From Planctomycetota bacterium (GTDB lineage: Bacteria; Planctomycetota; UBA8108; SXIK01): a stretch of DNA of 64,000 nucleotides. Positions 38,511 through 50,200 of this stretch are shown here, piece after piece. The stretch's first letter is position 1. Each line of letters begins with the position of its first letter. Under the pieces are notes generated by a model. It was not told the origin of the DNA. It searched no databases and saw only the letters and a program-made list of their open reading frames with translations. The stretch is from contig CBDCXR010000004.1 in the NCBI GenBank assembly GCA_965223845.1, forward strand, positions 4,064,001 to 4,128,000. Direction: 5' to 3'. Both the position numbers and the translations under genes were made by a program.

Positions 38511-40121
38511 ATGAGCGAAGACGCAGCGACGCCGTCTCACCCGTCTCCGGGGAACGCGGACGATCGAGAACCGAACGCGGCGGGAATCGCAGATCCCCCG
38601 AGGACGCTCGGTGGAATCTTTCGTTCACTCGGTCCCGGACTCATCATCGCCGGCTCGATCGTCGGCTCCGGAGAGCTCATCGCGACGACGGTGACCGGCG
38701 GCGAGGCGGGGTTCTCCCTCCTTTGGCTCATCGTCATCGGCTGCGTGATCAAGGTGTTCACGCAGGTCGAGCTCGGCCGATTCACGATCGTCGCGGGCCA
38801 GACCGCGATGGAGGGCCTCAATCAAGTGCCCGGACCGCGGATCGGACGGCGCGGCAACTGGCTTGTCTGGTACTGGCTCGCGATGTTCCTGGCGAGCCTC
38901 GGGCAGCTCGGTGGCATCGTCGGCAGCGTCGGGCAGGCGCTAGCGATCAGCGCGCCGATCACAGAGGCAGGTCGGTCGTACAACGAGTACGTCGATGCCA
39001 AGACGTCCGCGCACGTGAGCGAGCGGGCTCTCGAGCAGGCCACCCGGCGCGCAGAACCCGAAGAAGCGGCGCAGATCGCGAGTGAGCTCGAACGCGCGCG
39101 GGTAAAGCTAGCGTCGTTCGAAGAACCGCCGGAGGTCGGAAACGACGACAAGATCTGGGCGACCATCGTCACCGTCCTCACGGCCATTCTTCTCGTGGTG
39201 GGGCGCTACGGACTGATCCAATCATTTGCGACGGCTCTCGTCGCGCTGTTCACTCTCGTCACGATCGCGAACCTGTTCTTTCTTCAGTCGAGTGGAACTT
39301 GGGCCATCACTGGATCGGAGCTCTGGAGCGGACTTCGCTTCAGCTTCCCGCCTGCCGACCCCGAAAGCAGCAAGACGCCGCTCTTCACCGCGCTCGCGGC
39401 CTTCGGGATCATCGGAGTCGGCGCCTCGGAGCTCGTCGCCTATCCCTACTGGTGCCTCGAGAAGGGCTACGCACGCTTCACTGGCCGGCGGGACGGAACT
39501 CCCGCGTGGACGGAACGCGCTCGCGGCTGGCTTCGCGTCCTCCGCTGGGACGCGTGGTGCTCGATGGCCGTGTACACGTTCGCGACGGTCGCGTTCTACC
39601 TTCTCGGGGCGGCGATTCTCGGACGCACGGGACTCAAAGTCGAAGGCTCCGAGCTGATCCGCGCGCTCGCGGTCATGTACGAGCCCGTGTTCGGTCGCGC
39701 GGCCGAAGTGCTGTTTCTCTTCGGATCGATCGCCGTTCTCTACTCGACGTTCTTCGTCGCGAACGCCGGCCACGCGTACGTTTGCTCCGATGCGCTGCGC
39801 GTCTTCGGTTTCGGAGTTCACTCGAGCGAAGAGAAGCGAGCCTGGACGCGGCGATTCAGTGCGCTGTTTCCATTCATCTGTCTCACGGCCTACTTGTTCC
39901 TCCCGAAGCCGAAAGCCCTCGTTCTCGCGAGCGGCGTGATGCAGGCGATGATGCTGCCGATGCTCGCGGGCGCGGCGCTCTACTTTCGGTACCGCCGCTC
40001 CGACGCGAAGCTCGCGCCGGGGCGACTCTGGGATAGTCTCCTCTGGATCTCTGCGCTCGGCATGCTGATCGCGGGAATCGCGACGGCCGTGATGGCGTAC
40101 ACGAAATTCAGCGCTTCGTAG
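38511..40121 (+). CDS. Nramp-like (APC superfamily) transporter
   Basis: LGPGLI.AGSIVGSGELI, QVELGRF, GVGASEL.AYPYWC.EKGY. Confidence 0.88.
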   Translation: MSEDAATPSHPSPGNADDREPNAAGIADPPRTLGGIFRSLGPGLIIAGSIVGSGELIATTVTGGEAGFSLLWLIVIGCVIKVFTQVELGRFTIVAGQTAMEGLNQVPGPRIGRRGNWLVWYWLAMFLASLGQLGGIVGSVGQALAISAPITEAGRSYNEYVDAKTSAHVSERALEQATRRAEPEEAAQIASELERARVKLASFEEPPEVGNDDKIWATIVTVLTAILLVVGRYGLIQSFATALVALFTLVTIANLFFLQSSGTWAITGSELWSGLRFSFPPADPESSKTPLFTALAAFGIIGVGASELVAYPYWCLEKGYARFTGRRDGTPAWTERARGWLRVLRWDAWCSMAVYTFATVAFYLLGAAILGRTGLKVEGSELIRALAVMYEPVFGRAAEVLFLFGSIAVLYSTFFVANAGHAYVCSDALRVFGFGVHSSEEKRAWTRRFSALFPFICLTAYLFLPKPKALVLASGVMQAMMLPMLAGAALYFRYRRSDAKLAPGRLWDSLLWISALGMLIAGIATAVMAYTKFSAS

Positions 40122-40253
40122 GCGCTCGCGCGCAGCAGGAGAAGGAGCTCGCCGCCGCGCGGCCGCGACCCGAACATTTCGCGCGAAGGGATTCGGGCGA
40201 TTGCGCTCTTCGGTCCCCTCTCCTACGGTGTCTTGCGGCCGAGGAGAAACGCG

Positions 40254-41426
40254 ATGCGAACGGAGTCCGGAGCACCGAGTCCATTCTGCGCGGCGGCGAG
40301 CGCGACCCTCGCGCTTCTCGTTGCGACGGCCCTGCTCGGAGCCGGGCGGGAGGCGGAGGCGCCACCGACCGGTGAAATCCGAATTGCATTCGTCGGCGAC
40401 ACCTACCTCGGTGAGAGCTACCATCCGCGCGGTCCTCCTCCATTCGCTCCCGCATTCCGGGCGCTCGAGCGACTCGTGGCCCGCTCTTCCCTCGTCGTCG
40501 GAAACCTCGAGACGTCGCTCACCGCACGCACGTCGTCGCCGTTCGCCGGCAGGAAGCCGTACCTCCATCGGGGCGACATCGCGTCGACTGCCGCGGCACT
40601 GCACTCGAGCGGGATCTCGGCGGTCTCGCTCGCGAACAATCACAGCGTCGACTACGGCTCAGAGGGTCTCGCGGAAACGTTGAACGCCCTGGCTGGACAC
40701 GGAATCGCCGCTTTCGGCGCCGGGTCGTCGATTCGCGAGACCGAGACCGCATTCGTTCGTCGGTGGCGCGTGGGAGCGAAGGAATTCGAGCTCGCCGTGG
40801 TCGCCGGATTCGAATACCGAGAAGCCTACGAGACGAAGTATCGCTACTACGCGACAAGCGATCGCGCCGGAGTCCATCCTTGGTCGCCGAAGCGCGCGGA
40901 GCGCCACGTCAAACGAGTCCGTCGCGCGCATCCGCGGGCGTTCGTCGTAGCGTTTCCTCACTGGGGCAAAAACTATCGGTGGCGAACCGAAGCGCAGCGC
41001 GAACTCGCCGATGCTCTCCTTCGCGGCGGCGCGGACCTCGTCCTCGGCCACGGCGCACACCAGCTCCAAGAGATCGAGCGTCGCCGCGGTCGCTGGATCG
41101 TCTACGGACTCGGGAACTTCGTTTTCCTTTCTCCTGGACGGTATGCGAAACATGAAGCGGTCCCCTACTCGCTGATCGCCCGGCTCGTCGTCTCGAGCAC
41201 CGCCGACGGCTTCAATCTCGCGCTGCGTCTCGATCCAATTCTGAGCGACAATCTGCGGACGAGTTTCCGTCCTCGATCGCTCGATGATTCCGAGGTTCGT
41301 CGCGTTCGCGAGCTCCTCGTCGCGCGCGATCCGTCGGGAGAGCTGGCGTCGTCGCTCCGATTCATCCGCGATTCGGAACGGTCGTATCTACTTCTCGGCT
41401 TCGATGGCGAATCGGAGCGGCGGTGA
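40254..41426 (+). CDS. CapA family metallophosphoesterase-like protein
   Basis: VGD, GNLE, LANNH..DYG, HWG, GHGAH, YGLGNF. Confidence 0.9.
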   Translation: MRTESGAPSPFCAAASATLALLVATALLGAGREAEAPPTGEIRIAFVGDTYLGESYHPRGPPPFAPAFRALERLVARSSLVVGNLETSLTARTSSPFAGRKPYLHRGDIASTAAALHSSGISAVSLANNHSVDYGSEGLAETLNALAGHGIAAFGAGSSIRETETAFVRRWRVGAKEFELAVVAGFEYREAYETKYRYYATSDRAGVHPWSPKRAERHVKRVRRAHPRAFVVAFPHWGKNYRWRTEAQRELADALLRGGADLVLGHGAHQLQEIERRRGRWIVYGLGNFVFLSPGRYAKHEAVPYSLIARLVVSSTADGFNLALRLDPILSDNLRTSFRPRSLDDSEVRRVRELLVARDPSGELASSLRFIRDSERSYLLLGFDGESERR

Positions 41427-41498
41427 ACCCACCGAAGCTTCGCGCGGACGAAACGCGAAAGGGGGCGACACCGATCGCCGCGCGAGATTCTCGAGCCC

Positions 41499-43052
41499 TC
41501 AAAACGACTCGAAGTCGTTCCGACCGCGCTTTTTCCACCGGTCGTACCAAGGCTGATTGTGCGGGAGCGGACGACCGTCGCGCGTCCAGCCGTCGCGTCG
41601 CCGCTCGGCGGGCATCGTGTCCTGCGTGTTCACCCGCCAGTTGTCGAGACGAATGCGAAGCGCGTGCAGCGCTGCCTCGTAGCCTGAGTCGCCGGCGACG
41701 TTCCGAAGCGAGCTCGGATCGCGCTGGAGATCGTAGAGTTCTTCGTACTCTCGCGGCTCGCGGAAGAGAAGCTCCTGAGCGGGGGTGAGCGTCCCGCGGC
41801 GTCGCTCTTCTAGAATCGCGCGCCACGTCGGCGAGTTCACGGAGTCGACACTGCTCCAGAGCGGTGCGTCCCAGTAGTAGTTTCGGATGAGGAGGAACCG
41901 CTCGGTTCTCACCGCACGCGTAAACTTCTCGAAGTCGTGCCAGTTCGCCTCGGCGAAGATCGCGGAGCGCGCCGGCGCTTCGAGACTCGTGAGAAGCGGA
42001 ACGAAGCTCCGGCCGTCCATGGTCTGCGCCTCGATGCCGGCGAGATCGAGAATCGTGGGCGCGATGTCGATCGTGCTCACGAGACCGTCCCGGATGCGTC
42101 CAGCCGGCGCGAGAGGCGGATATCGAATGATGAGCGGCGTTCGAATCCCAGAGTCGTAAAGCGTCGTTTTGGCGCGCGGAAACGGCATCCCGTTGTCGGA
42201 GAGGTACACGATGAACGTCTCGTCGAGGATCCCCTGCCGTTCGAGTTCCGCGAGAACGAGCCCCACATGTTCGTCGAAGCGGGTGATCTCTCCGTAGTAG
42301 TCCGCGATGTCGCGCCGGATCAGCGGGTGATCGGGGAGGAACGGAGGCACGACGACCGTCGACGGATCGTAGGGAGTGTCCACGGCATCTTCATCGAACG
42401 GTCGATGCGGATCGACCGACGCGACCCAAAAGAAGAACGGCCGATCCGCCGGTCGATCCCGCAGCAGCTCGACCGCGCGCGGGCCGGTGTCCCGCCCCCG
42501 GCATTCGACGACGCGATCCCAATGATCGCGCTCGGCGGCACCGAGGTGCCACTTGCCGACCGCGGCGGTGTGGTAGCCGTTGTCGTGGAGGTAGCGCGCG
42601 ACCGTGTGCTGGTCGCGAGGCAACGGAACGTGAAGATCTTCCGCGCCGGTTCGGTGCGGGTAGCGGCCGGTCAGTGTGCTCGAGCGACTAGGACTGCAAG
42701 AGGATGTCGCGAGAAAGGCGGAGCGAAACCGAACTCCACCGGCCGCGAGCCGATCGATGTTCGGAGTGCGGATTACCGGGTGGCCGTAGCAGCCGAGATC
42801 GCCCTCACCCTGGTCGTCCGCGATGAAGATGAGATAGTGGCGCGGCGACGGTCGATCGGGGACGGCGGTCTCGTCGGGCGATGGATCGACATCGTCGCTG
42901 ACGGAGTCGATCGCCGATCGCGCCGACGCGAGCGCACCAGCCGCGTGCTGAGCGGGCCCCCCGAGTTCCTCACCGGTCACCGGAGTCCCGCAACTCGTGA
43001 TGAGAATCACAAGAATGGGCAGACCACGACACAATGCGCGCGATGAGTTCAT
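41499..43052 (-). CDS. Cys-type sulfatase (sulfamidase-like), probable lipoprotein
   Basis: IADD, formylglycine motif CSPSR, GKWH, DPHRP, SDNG; lipobox-like LITSC. Confidence 0.92.
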   Translation of the reverse strand: MNSSRALCRGLPILVILITSCGTPVTGEELGGPAQHAAGALASARSAIDSVSDDVDPSPDETAVPDRPSPRHYLIFIADDQGEGDLGCYGHPVIRTPNIDRLAAGGVRFRSAFLATSSCSPSRSSTLTGRYPHRTGAEDLHVPLPRDQHTVARYLHDNGYHTAAVGKWHLGAAERDHWDRVVECRGRDTGPRAVELLRDRPADRPFFFWVASVDPHRPFDEDAVDTPYDPSTVVVPPFLPDHPLIRRDIADYYGEITRFDEHVGLVLAELERQGILDETFIVYLSDNGMPFPRAKTTLYDSGIRTPLIIRYPPLAPAGRIRDGLVSTIDIAPTILDLAGIEAQTMDGRSFVPLLTSLEAPARSAIFAEANWHDFEKFTRAVRTERFLLIRNYYWDAPLWSSVDSVNSPTWRAILEERRRGTLTPAQELLFREPREYEELYDLQRDPSSLRNVAGDSGYEAALHALRIRLDNWRVNTQDTMPAERRRDGWTRDGRPLPHNQPWYDRWKKRGRNDFESF

Positions 43053-43271
43053 TCGAGAAACTCCAGGGCGAAATCGGATTCGGTCGGACAGCGCGACGTT
43101 AGGCTGACGGTCGTCGCCGGGTGCGTCAAGCGTGATTCCGCCGGGCGGTCGAGTCGACTCTGAGCGGCTGTGATCACCTTCGGATCCGCTGGCTCGCGCG
43201 CGCCGGATCTGATAGCGTTTCGGCTCTTCCCCCCGTCGTTTCTACTCCACCAGCGAGGTTCGAGCGCGGCC

Positions 43272-44417
43272 ATGAATCTCCCCTCGACATCGTCATTTCA
43301 CCAGTCCCGACGCAGCGCACTTCGCACTCTCGTCGGCGGCGCAGCCGCGATCACCGGCGGCCTCGAAGTCTACGGCGGCGCTCAACCGGCCGACGCGGCA
43401 GCACCCCGGCCAACATCGGCCCGGAAGCTCAAGCTCGGGTTCGACAACTTTTCCATCCGCGCGCTCGGGTGGAAGGCGCCGCGGCTTCTCGATTTCGCAG
43501 CCGAGAATGCGCTCGATGCGATCCTTCTCTCCGATCTCGAAGTGTTTGAGTCGCTCGAATCGAACGCGCTCCGCGAAATCAAAGCGCGCGCGGACGACCT
43601 CGGAATCGAGATTCAGGCAGGTACGGGCGGCATCTGTCCGACATCGACGCGCTACACGCGCTTCCGCGAGAAGTACGGAACGGCCGAGGAGCACCTGCGG
43701 CTCGCGATCCGCGTCGCGAAGGATGTCGGCTCTCCCGTCGCGCGATGCTATCTCGGCGCCGCCGACGATCGAAAGACGCCGGGCGGAATCGAGAAGCACA
43801 TCGAATCGACGATCGCAGTGTGCAAGAAAGTCAGAGGCGCCGCGCTCGACGCCCGCGTAAAGATCGCGATCGAGAACCACGCGGGCGATCTGCAGGCCTG
43901 GGAGCTGAAGCGCCTCATCGAAGAGGCGGGGTCCGAGTACGTCGGCGCGACCGTCGATTCCGGCAACGCGACGTGGACGCTCGAAGACCCCGTGCGAAAC
44001 CTCGAGACCCTCGGCCCTTACGCGGTGAGCAGCGGGATCCGGGACTCGATGGTCTGGGAATACGACGAAGGCGCGATGGTGCAGTGGACCGCGATCGGCG
44101 AGGGCTGCGTCGATCTCAAGGCGTACTTCGAACGCTTCGCGCAGCTCTGTCCGGACGCTCCGGTTCAGCTCGAGATCATCAGCGGGTTCGCGCGGGCATT
44201 TCCCTATCTTCGCCGCGATTTTTGGCCGCCCTACCGGGGCGCTCGACCCGACGAGTTCGCCGCGTTCCTTGCGCTCGCGAAGCGTGGTCGCCGCATCGAG
44301 CCGTTCCGCGTCCCGGAGAACACCGACCGGCAGGTGGCGACGCGCAAGTACCAACAGAGCGAGCTCGCGCGGAGCCTCCGGTACGCGAAGGATGTTCTCG
44401 GTCTCGGTCGTCGATAG
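43272..44417 (+). CDS. Tat-exported sugar phosphate isomerase/epimerase-like TIM barrel
   Basis: SRRSAL Tat motif, [17 protein letters not shown]. Confidence 0.88.
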   Translation: MNLPSTSSFHQSRRSALRTLVGGAAAITGGLEVYGGAQPADAAAPRPTSARKLKLGFDNFSIRALGWKAPRLLDFAAENALDAILLSDLEVFESLESNALREIKARADDLGIEIQAGTGGICPTSTRYTRFREKYGTAEEHLRLAIRVAKDVGSPVARCYLGAADDRKTPGGIEKHIESTIAVCKKVRGAALDARVKIAIENHAGDLQAWELKRLIEEAGSEYVGATVDSGNATWTLEDPVRNLETLGPYAVSSGIRDSMVWEYDEGAMVQWTAIGEGCVDLKAYFERFAQLCPDAPVQLEIISGFARAFPYLRRDFWPPYRGARPDEFAAFLALAKRGRRIEPFRVPENTDRQVATRKYQQSELARSLRYAKDVLGLGRR

Positions 44418-44544
44418 GCGCGGAAGCGTCCCCGACGACGACGATACCGAGCCGAGAATTCAGGCCGAAGGAAGCAGAGGAAACGAAGGGAGGGATCCGA
44501 TGTAGGTGCATCGGAACGACGCCCGAGCCCCGGAGATCGACACC

Positions 44545-46905
44545 ATGCCTCACCGTGACTTCGCCCCCGTTCACCGTCCGCGTCGCCGGAGCGCCGGTCG
44601 CTTCGTCCCTCTCACAATTCTGCTCCCGCTCGTCTCGGCCTTCGCCCCCGGCGCGGGAGCCGGTCGATTCGTGCGCGCTGAGGACGAGAACGCACTCCTC
44701 ACCCTCGAACGCATCTACGGTACGCGTGAGTTTTCGTCGCGGAGCGTGAACGCTCGCTGGCTCGCGGAGGGCGACGGCTACACGACCCTCGAGAAGGCGA
44801 CGGGTCCATCGGGGGGACGAGACATCGTGCGGCACGACGCCGAGACGGGCGAAAAGACGGTTCTCGTCTCCGCCGAAGAACTCGTTCCGACGGGAGCGAG
44901 TGCTCCGCTCGACGTCGAAGCGTACTCGTGGTCGAAGAGCGGCTCGCGCGTACTGATCTACACGAACTCGAAGCGAGTTTGGCGACGCAACACCCGGGGC
45001 GATTACTGGGTACTGGATCGTTCGAGCCGCGAGCTGAAGCAGCTCGGTGGGGATGCGAATCCATCGACGCTCATGTTCGCGAAGTTCTCTCCCGATGGCG
45101 ATCGAGTCGCGTACGTGAGAGAGAACGACATTTACGTTGAAGAGTTCCGTGAGGGGTCGATCCTCCGGCTGACGACGTCGGGGGCCGGGGGCCGGATCAA
45201 CGGGACGTTCGACTGGGTCTACGAGGAGGAGCTGGGACTCCGCGACGGGTTCCGCTGGAGTCCGGACGGCTCCGCGATTGCGTTTTGGGAAAGTGACCCG
45301 GACGGAGTGCGACGGTACCCACTGGTCAACACGACCGACGCGCTCTATCCCTCGATTCAGTGGATTCCGTATCCGAAAACGGGCGAAGTGAACTCCTCGG
45401 TGCGCGTCGGCGTCGCGGACGTGAGGACCGCGGATACGCGCTGGCTCGAGATCCCCGGCGATCCCCGCAACCACTACATCGCGCGCATGGATTGGGCCGG
45501 TCCCGACGAGATCATTCTCCAACAGCTCAATCGACTCCAGAACGCCAACCGCGTGTACCTCGCCCGGCGCGACTCCGGTTCGGCGCGCGAAGTGTTCGTC
45601 GATCGCGACGAATGCTGGGTCGAAGTCGTCGACGACGTGCACTGGATTCGCGGCGGCGCAGCGTTCACTTGGCTGAGCGAACGGGACGGTTGGCAGCACG
45701 TCTACACGGTGACGCGGAGGGCCGGCGAGGTCGAGCTGGTCACGCGAGGGGCCTACGACGTGATCCGCTTCGTCGGCGTCGACGAGGCGACCGAGTCGGT
45801 CTACTTTCTCGCCTCGCCGGACAATCCGACCCAGGCGTATCTCTATCGCGCCGGACTCGACGGAACGCCGGCGAAACGCATCACGCCGGTCGATCAATCC
45901 GGGACCCACCACTACGAGCTTTCGCCGAATGGACGCTGGGCGATTCACGTCCGCTCGTCGTTCGACGAGCCTCCGGTGACGGATCTCGTTCGCCTTCCAA
46001 GCCACGAGCGCGTCCGCACGCTCGAAGGGAACACCGAACTGCGTGAGAAACTCGACGCGCTGACGAAAACTCCCACCGAGTTGTTCCGAATCGAGATCCA
46101 GGACGGCGTCGAGCTCGACGCCTGGTGCATCCACCCGCCTGAATACCAACCGGAATCGCGTTACCCTCTGCTCGTCTACGTCTACGGTGAGCCGGCCGGC
46201 CAAACGGTCCTCGACCGGTGGTCGGGGAGCGGAATGCTGTGGCACCGCATGCTCGCCCAGCGTGGCTACGTCGTCGTGAGCATCGACAACCGCGGTACAC
46301 CGGCACCGCGCGGGCGCGCGTGGCGAAAGAGCGTGTACCGCCAGGTGGGGATTCTCGCTCCGAAAGATCAGGCGGCTGCGGTGCGAAAACTCCTCGCGAC
46401 GCGACCGTTCATCGATCCCGAGCGCGTCGCCGTCTGGGGATGGAGCGGCGGCGGCTCGATGACGCTGAACGCGATGTTCAAGTTTCCCGATCTCTACCGC
46501 GTCGGAATGTCAGTCGCTCCCGTTCCGAATCAGCGGTTCTACGACACGATCTATCAGGAGCGGTACATGGGCCTGCCGGCCGACAACGTGGATGGCTACC
46601 GCGAAGGATCTGCGATTCACTTCGCGCAGCACTTGGAGGGCGATCTGCTGCTCGTCCACGGGACCGGCGATGACAACTGCCACTACCAGGGTACCGAAGC
46701 CCTCGTGAACGAGCTGGTGCGGCACAATCGGCCGTTCACGATGATGGCGTATCCCAATCGACGGCACTCGATTCGAGAGGGCGTCAATACGACGATCCAT
46801 CTGCGCTCGCTGCTCACGCAGTTTCTGACGACGCATCTCTCGCCCGGCCCTCGCCCGAGCACCGCACGAGAAGACGCGAGCGACCACCGAGAAGCATCGC
46901 GCTGA
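44545..46905 (+). CDS. S9B dipeptidyl peptidase IV family protein
   Basis: DWVYEEE, YPK.G, GWSGGG nucleophile, HGTGDDN, RRHSI. Confidence 0.93.
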   Translation: MPHRDFAPVHRPRRRSAGRFVPLTILLPLVSAFAPGAGAGRFVRAEDENALLTLERIYGTREFSSRSVNARWLAEGDGYTTLEKATGPSGGRDIVRHDAETGEKTVLVSAEELVPTGASAPLDVEAYSWSKSGSRVLIYTNSKRVWRRNTRGDYWVLDRSSRELKQLGGDANPSTLMFAKFSPDGDRVAYVRENDIYVEEFREGSILRLTTSGAGGRINGTFDWVYEEELGLRDGFRWSPDGSAIAFWESDPDGVRRYPLVNTTDALYPSIQWIPYPKTGEVNSSVRVGVADVRTADTRWLEIPGDPRNHYIARMDWAGPDEIILQQLNRLQNANRVYLARRDSGSAREVFVDRDECWVEVVDDVHWIRGGAAFTWLSERDGWQHVYTVTRRAGEVELVTRGAYDVIRFVGVDEATESVYFLASPDNPTQAYLYRAGLDGTPAKRITPVDQSGTHHYELSPNGRWAIHVRSSFDEPPVTDLVRLPSHERVRTLEGNTELREKLDALTKTPTELFRIEIQDGVELDAWCIHPPEYQPESRYPLLVYVYGEPAGQTVLDRWSGSGMLWHRMLAQRGYVVVSIDNRGTPAPRGRAWRKSVYRQVGILAPKDQAAAVRKLLATRPFIDPERVAVWGWSGGGSMTLNAMFKFPDLYRVGMSVAPVPNQRFYDTIYQERYMGLPADNVDGYREGSAIHFAQHLEGDLLLVHGTGDDNCHYQGTEALVNELVRHNRPFTMMAYPNRRHSIREGVNTTIHLRSLLTQFLTTHLSPGPRPSTAREDASDHREASR

Positions 46906-47280
46906 ATCGATCCCACACACACTCTGGTGATCGCGGCTCGCGGCGGATCCGAGAAACTCCGCCATCCTCTGATAACTCGCGAATCGACGCGCTAAGCGGG
47001 AAGCGAGCCGAAGAAAGAACGGGGCCGAGTAACTCATCGATGCGCGGCCGCCTCTTCCGCGCGGATCACTCCGACGGAGGAAGGGTTCGCTCGTCGGATG
47101 TCCCCTCGTCCGCGGGCCGCGCGCGCATCGTTCCCGCAACACCAATCGTCCGCCGTTCTCACTCGATCTCGCCGAATCGGGATGACGTGAATCGAACGCC
47201 GGATTCTCCGCGACTCTGCTCCAAAGTGGGTCCGAATCCAATTCTCGCGCAGACTCCTCCGCCACGACGACATCGCAAGC

Positions 47281-50200
47281 ATGGGCGCCGATCCAATCGC
47301 CGTTCGACGTGACCTCCCGTCCCGAGTCCCGACGACCGAATCCGGCCAGATCGGGCAGATCGTCGTCGTCGCCACCGCGTCGTTCCTTGCGACACGTCTC
47401 TGTCTCTTCGTCGACTCGTCGACCGGCTACACGGCTTCGGCCTGGGGACCGGCGGGACTCGCGCTCGCCTGCGTCATTTCGCTCGGGCCTCGCGTCGCGA
47501 TCGGGGTTTGGTTCGGATCGCTGGTCGCGCTCGTCACGGGTGCGGACCTCGACTGGGCTCCGACGGGGATCCTCGCTCCGATCGTGTCGTCGGCCGTCTG
47601 GATCCAGATCCTCGTTTCGGAACGAGTCATCCGCTGGTGGACCGAGCGGCGCGAACGCCGGTCGCAGGACGATCTCGCTTCCGTCGTAGTTCTGGGTGGT
47701 CCCATCGGGGGATCACTCGCCCCCGCTCTCGGCACCGTCGGGCTCTGGTTCTTCGAGTGTCTCCCGCGCGAGGAAATCTTCGCGAGCGCGTCGGTCTGGT
47801 GGATCGGCAACGTCGTCGGGATCGCAGTGTTCGCGCCGGTATTTCTCTTGTGGGAGCGCCGTCCGCAGCGCGTCTCACGTGGACGGCGGATCGCAGTGAC
47901 GGCATGTCTCCTCGTCCTCTTTGCAACGGCCAAAGCCGCGTCGTACTTTGCCGAAGAGATCGACGATCGTCGCCTAGCCGTCGACTTCGACCGAAGTTCG
48001 GACGCGATCCTCAACTCAGCTCAGAAGGATCTCGAATGGTGCTCGGAGCTCGTCGATATCGTGCGCCGATTCTGCGAGACCTCGCGGCCGACGAGCGAAC
48101 AGTTCGCGGCGTTCGCCCGCAGCAAGGTCGGCGGCTGCGTACAGGCGCTCGAGTGGATTGCGCGCGTCGACGGATCCGAACGGGACGAGTTCGTCGCTGC
48201 CGTCCGAGTCGACGGACGGCCGGACTACGAAATCCGCGATCTGACGGAAAACCGCGAGCTCCTGCCGGCGGACGTACGCGACGAGTACTTCCCCGTACTC
48301 TTTGCCGTACCCGGCGCGGAGAACGCACGCGCGTTCGGTCTCGATCTCGCCTCCGACTCAACACGTCGGGCGGCTCTAGAGTCCGCGCGTGACTCGGGTC
48401 GCGCCGTCGCCACGGCGCGCATCACTCTCGTCGAGGAGCAGCGCGAGTCGGCGGGGGTCCTTCTCTTTCAACCGGCCTACCGCACCGCGTCCGTTCCCGA
48501 GACGGTCGAGGAGCGTCGCCGACACCTTCTCGGATTCGCCCTGGGCGTCCTTCGCGTGGACGACGTACTCGGCCCGACGCGACACCGTCTGGCGGCCGCG
48601 AACCTTTCCCTCGGAGTCCGCGACGTCACCGATGGGATCAACGTTCCGCTCCTCGAGATCGGCGAGGACCAGCTCGGCGACTCCGCCTCCCGCACGATTG
48701 CCGCCGCCCAGCGCGAGAGGACCGACACGATCTCGATCGGTGACCGCCGCTGGAGCTTTCGTTTTCGCACGACCCCAGCATTCTCGCGACACCGCGCGCG
48801 CGCGATCTTCCCCGTGGTTTCGGTCGTAGCCGTCATTCTCGTCATGTCGATCGCGTGGACTCTCCTCGCGAGTCTCAGCCGTGCGTGGGAGATGGAGCGG
48901 CTCATCGTTCAGCTGTCCTACGCGAACGCAGATCTCGAACGATCCGTAGAAAAACGCAAGCAAGCGGAGCGAAGCCTGAACGAAGCGAGGCTCGCCGCCG
49001 AGTACGCGAACGAGCTGAAGTCGACGTTCATCGCCAACGTGAGCCACGAGATTCGCACGCCTCTCACCGCGATCATCGGGTACTCGGACCTCCTTCTCGA
49101 AGCGCCCGAGTCATCGGACGCACCCTCGGGCGAGGCTCGAGACCACGTCAGTACGATTCGGAATACGGGAGAGTATCTTCTCACGCTGATCAACGACCTC
49201 CTCGATCTATCGAAGATCCGATCGGGTCACCTCGAGGTGACGCGCGAGCCGTGCTCGCCCATCCAACTCGTCGAGGAAGTCGTCGACCTCTTGCGCGTGC
49301 CGGCCGCGGAGAAGGGGCTCCAGATCATCGTCAAGTACCTCGATTCCGTCCCCGAGACCATCGAGACGGACCCGATCCGCTTCCGGCAGATCCTCACGAA
49401 TCTGATCGGCAACGCCGTCAAGTTTACGGACGAAGGCCGCGTCGAGGTGCGGGTCAGCATCTTGGAATCGCTGAGTGACTTCTTCTGCGTCGAAGTCCGC
49501 GACTCGGGAATCGGCATCGAGCCGGATGATCTCAACGCGCTGTTCGAACCGTTCTCGCAAGCTAACGGCGACGCGGCGCGCAAGTACGGCGGAACGGGAC
49601 TCGGCCTCTCGATTTCGAAAGAGCTCTCGATCCTGCTCGGGGGCGGCATCGTCTGCCAGAGTCAGCCGGGCTCCGGAAGCTCGTTCCTCGTGAGTATCGA
49701 TCCGGGTTCGATCAAAGGCGTTCGTCGCGTCGAAGATCCTGCGGCTGAATGGAGCCGCCGCCGCGCAACGGAACAGAGGACCGAGAGCTCCGTGCGAAAA
49801 GTGCTGGACGGAGCCCGCGTCCTCGTCGTCGACGACGTGGAGGCGAATCGACTCCTCGTCAGCCGAGTGCTCGAACGAGCGGGTGCCGCGACCGCTACCG
49901 CGGCGTCGGGCGAACAGGGCATCGAATCGACGCTGCGTGCCGACGAAGACGGAGAGCCGTTCGACCTCATCCTCATGGATATCCAGATGCCCGGTCTCGA
50001 TGGGTTCTCCGCCACGGAAGAGTTGCTTCGCCGCCGACCGGAGAGTCGGATCGTCGCGCTGACGGCGATGGGGTCGGCCGAGGCAGAGATCGAGTGTCTC
50101 CGCGCCGGCTGTGTCGGCTGCGTTCGCAAACCGTTCCACCACCGCGAACTGATCCAGACCGTAGTCGATTACGTGGACGGTCTGCCCGACTCGGCAGGAG

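Noticed and set aside
40254-41426. CapA as evidence of a poly-gamma-glutamate capsule
   Set aside because: No capB/capC in the window; standalone CapA homologs are common.
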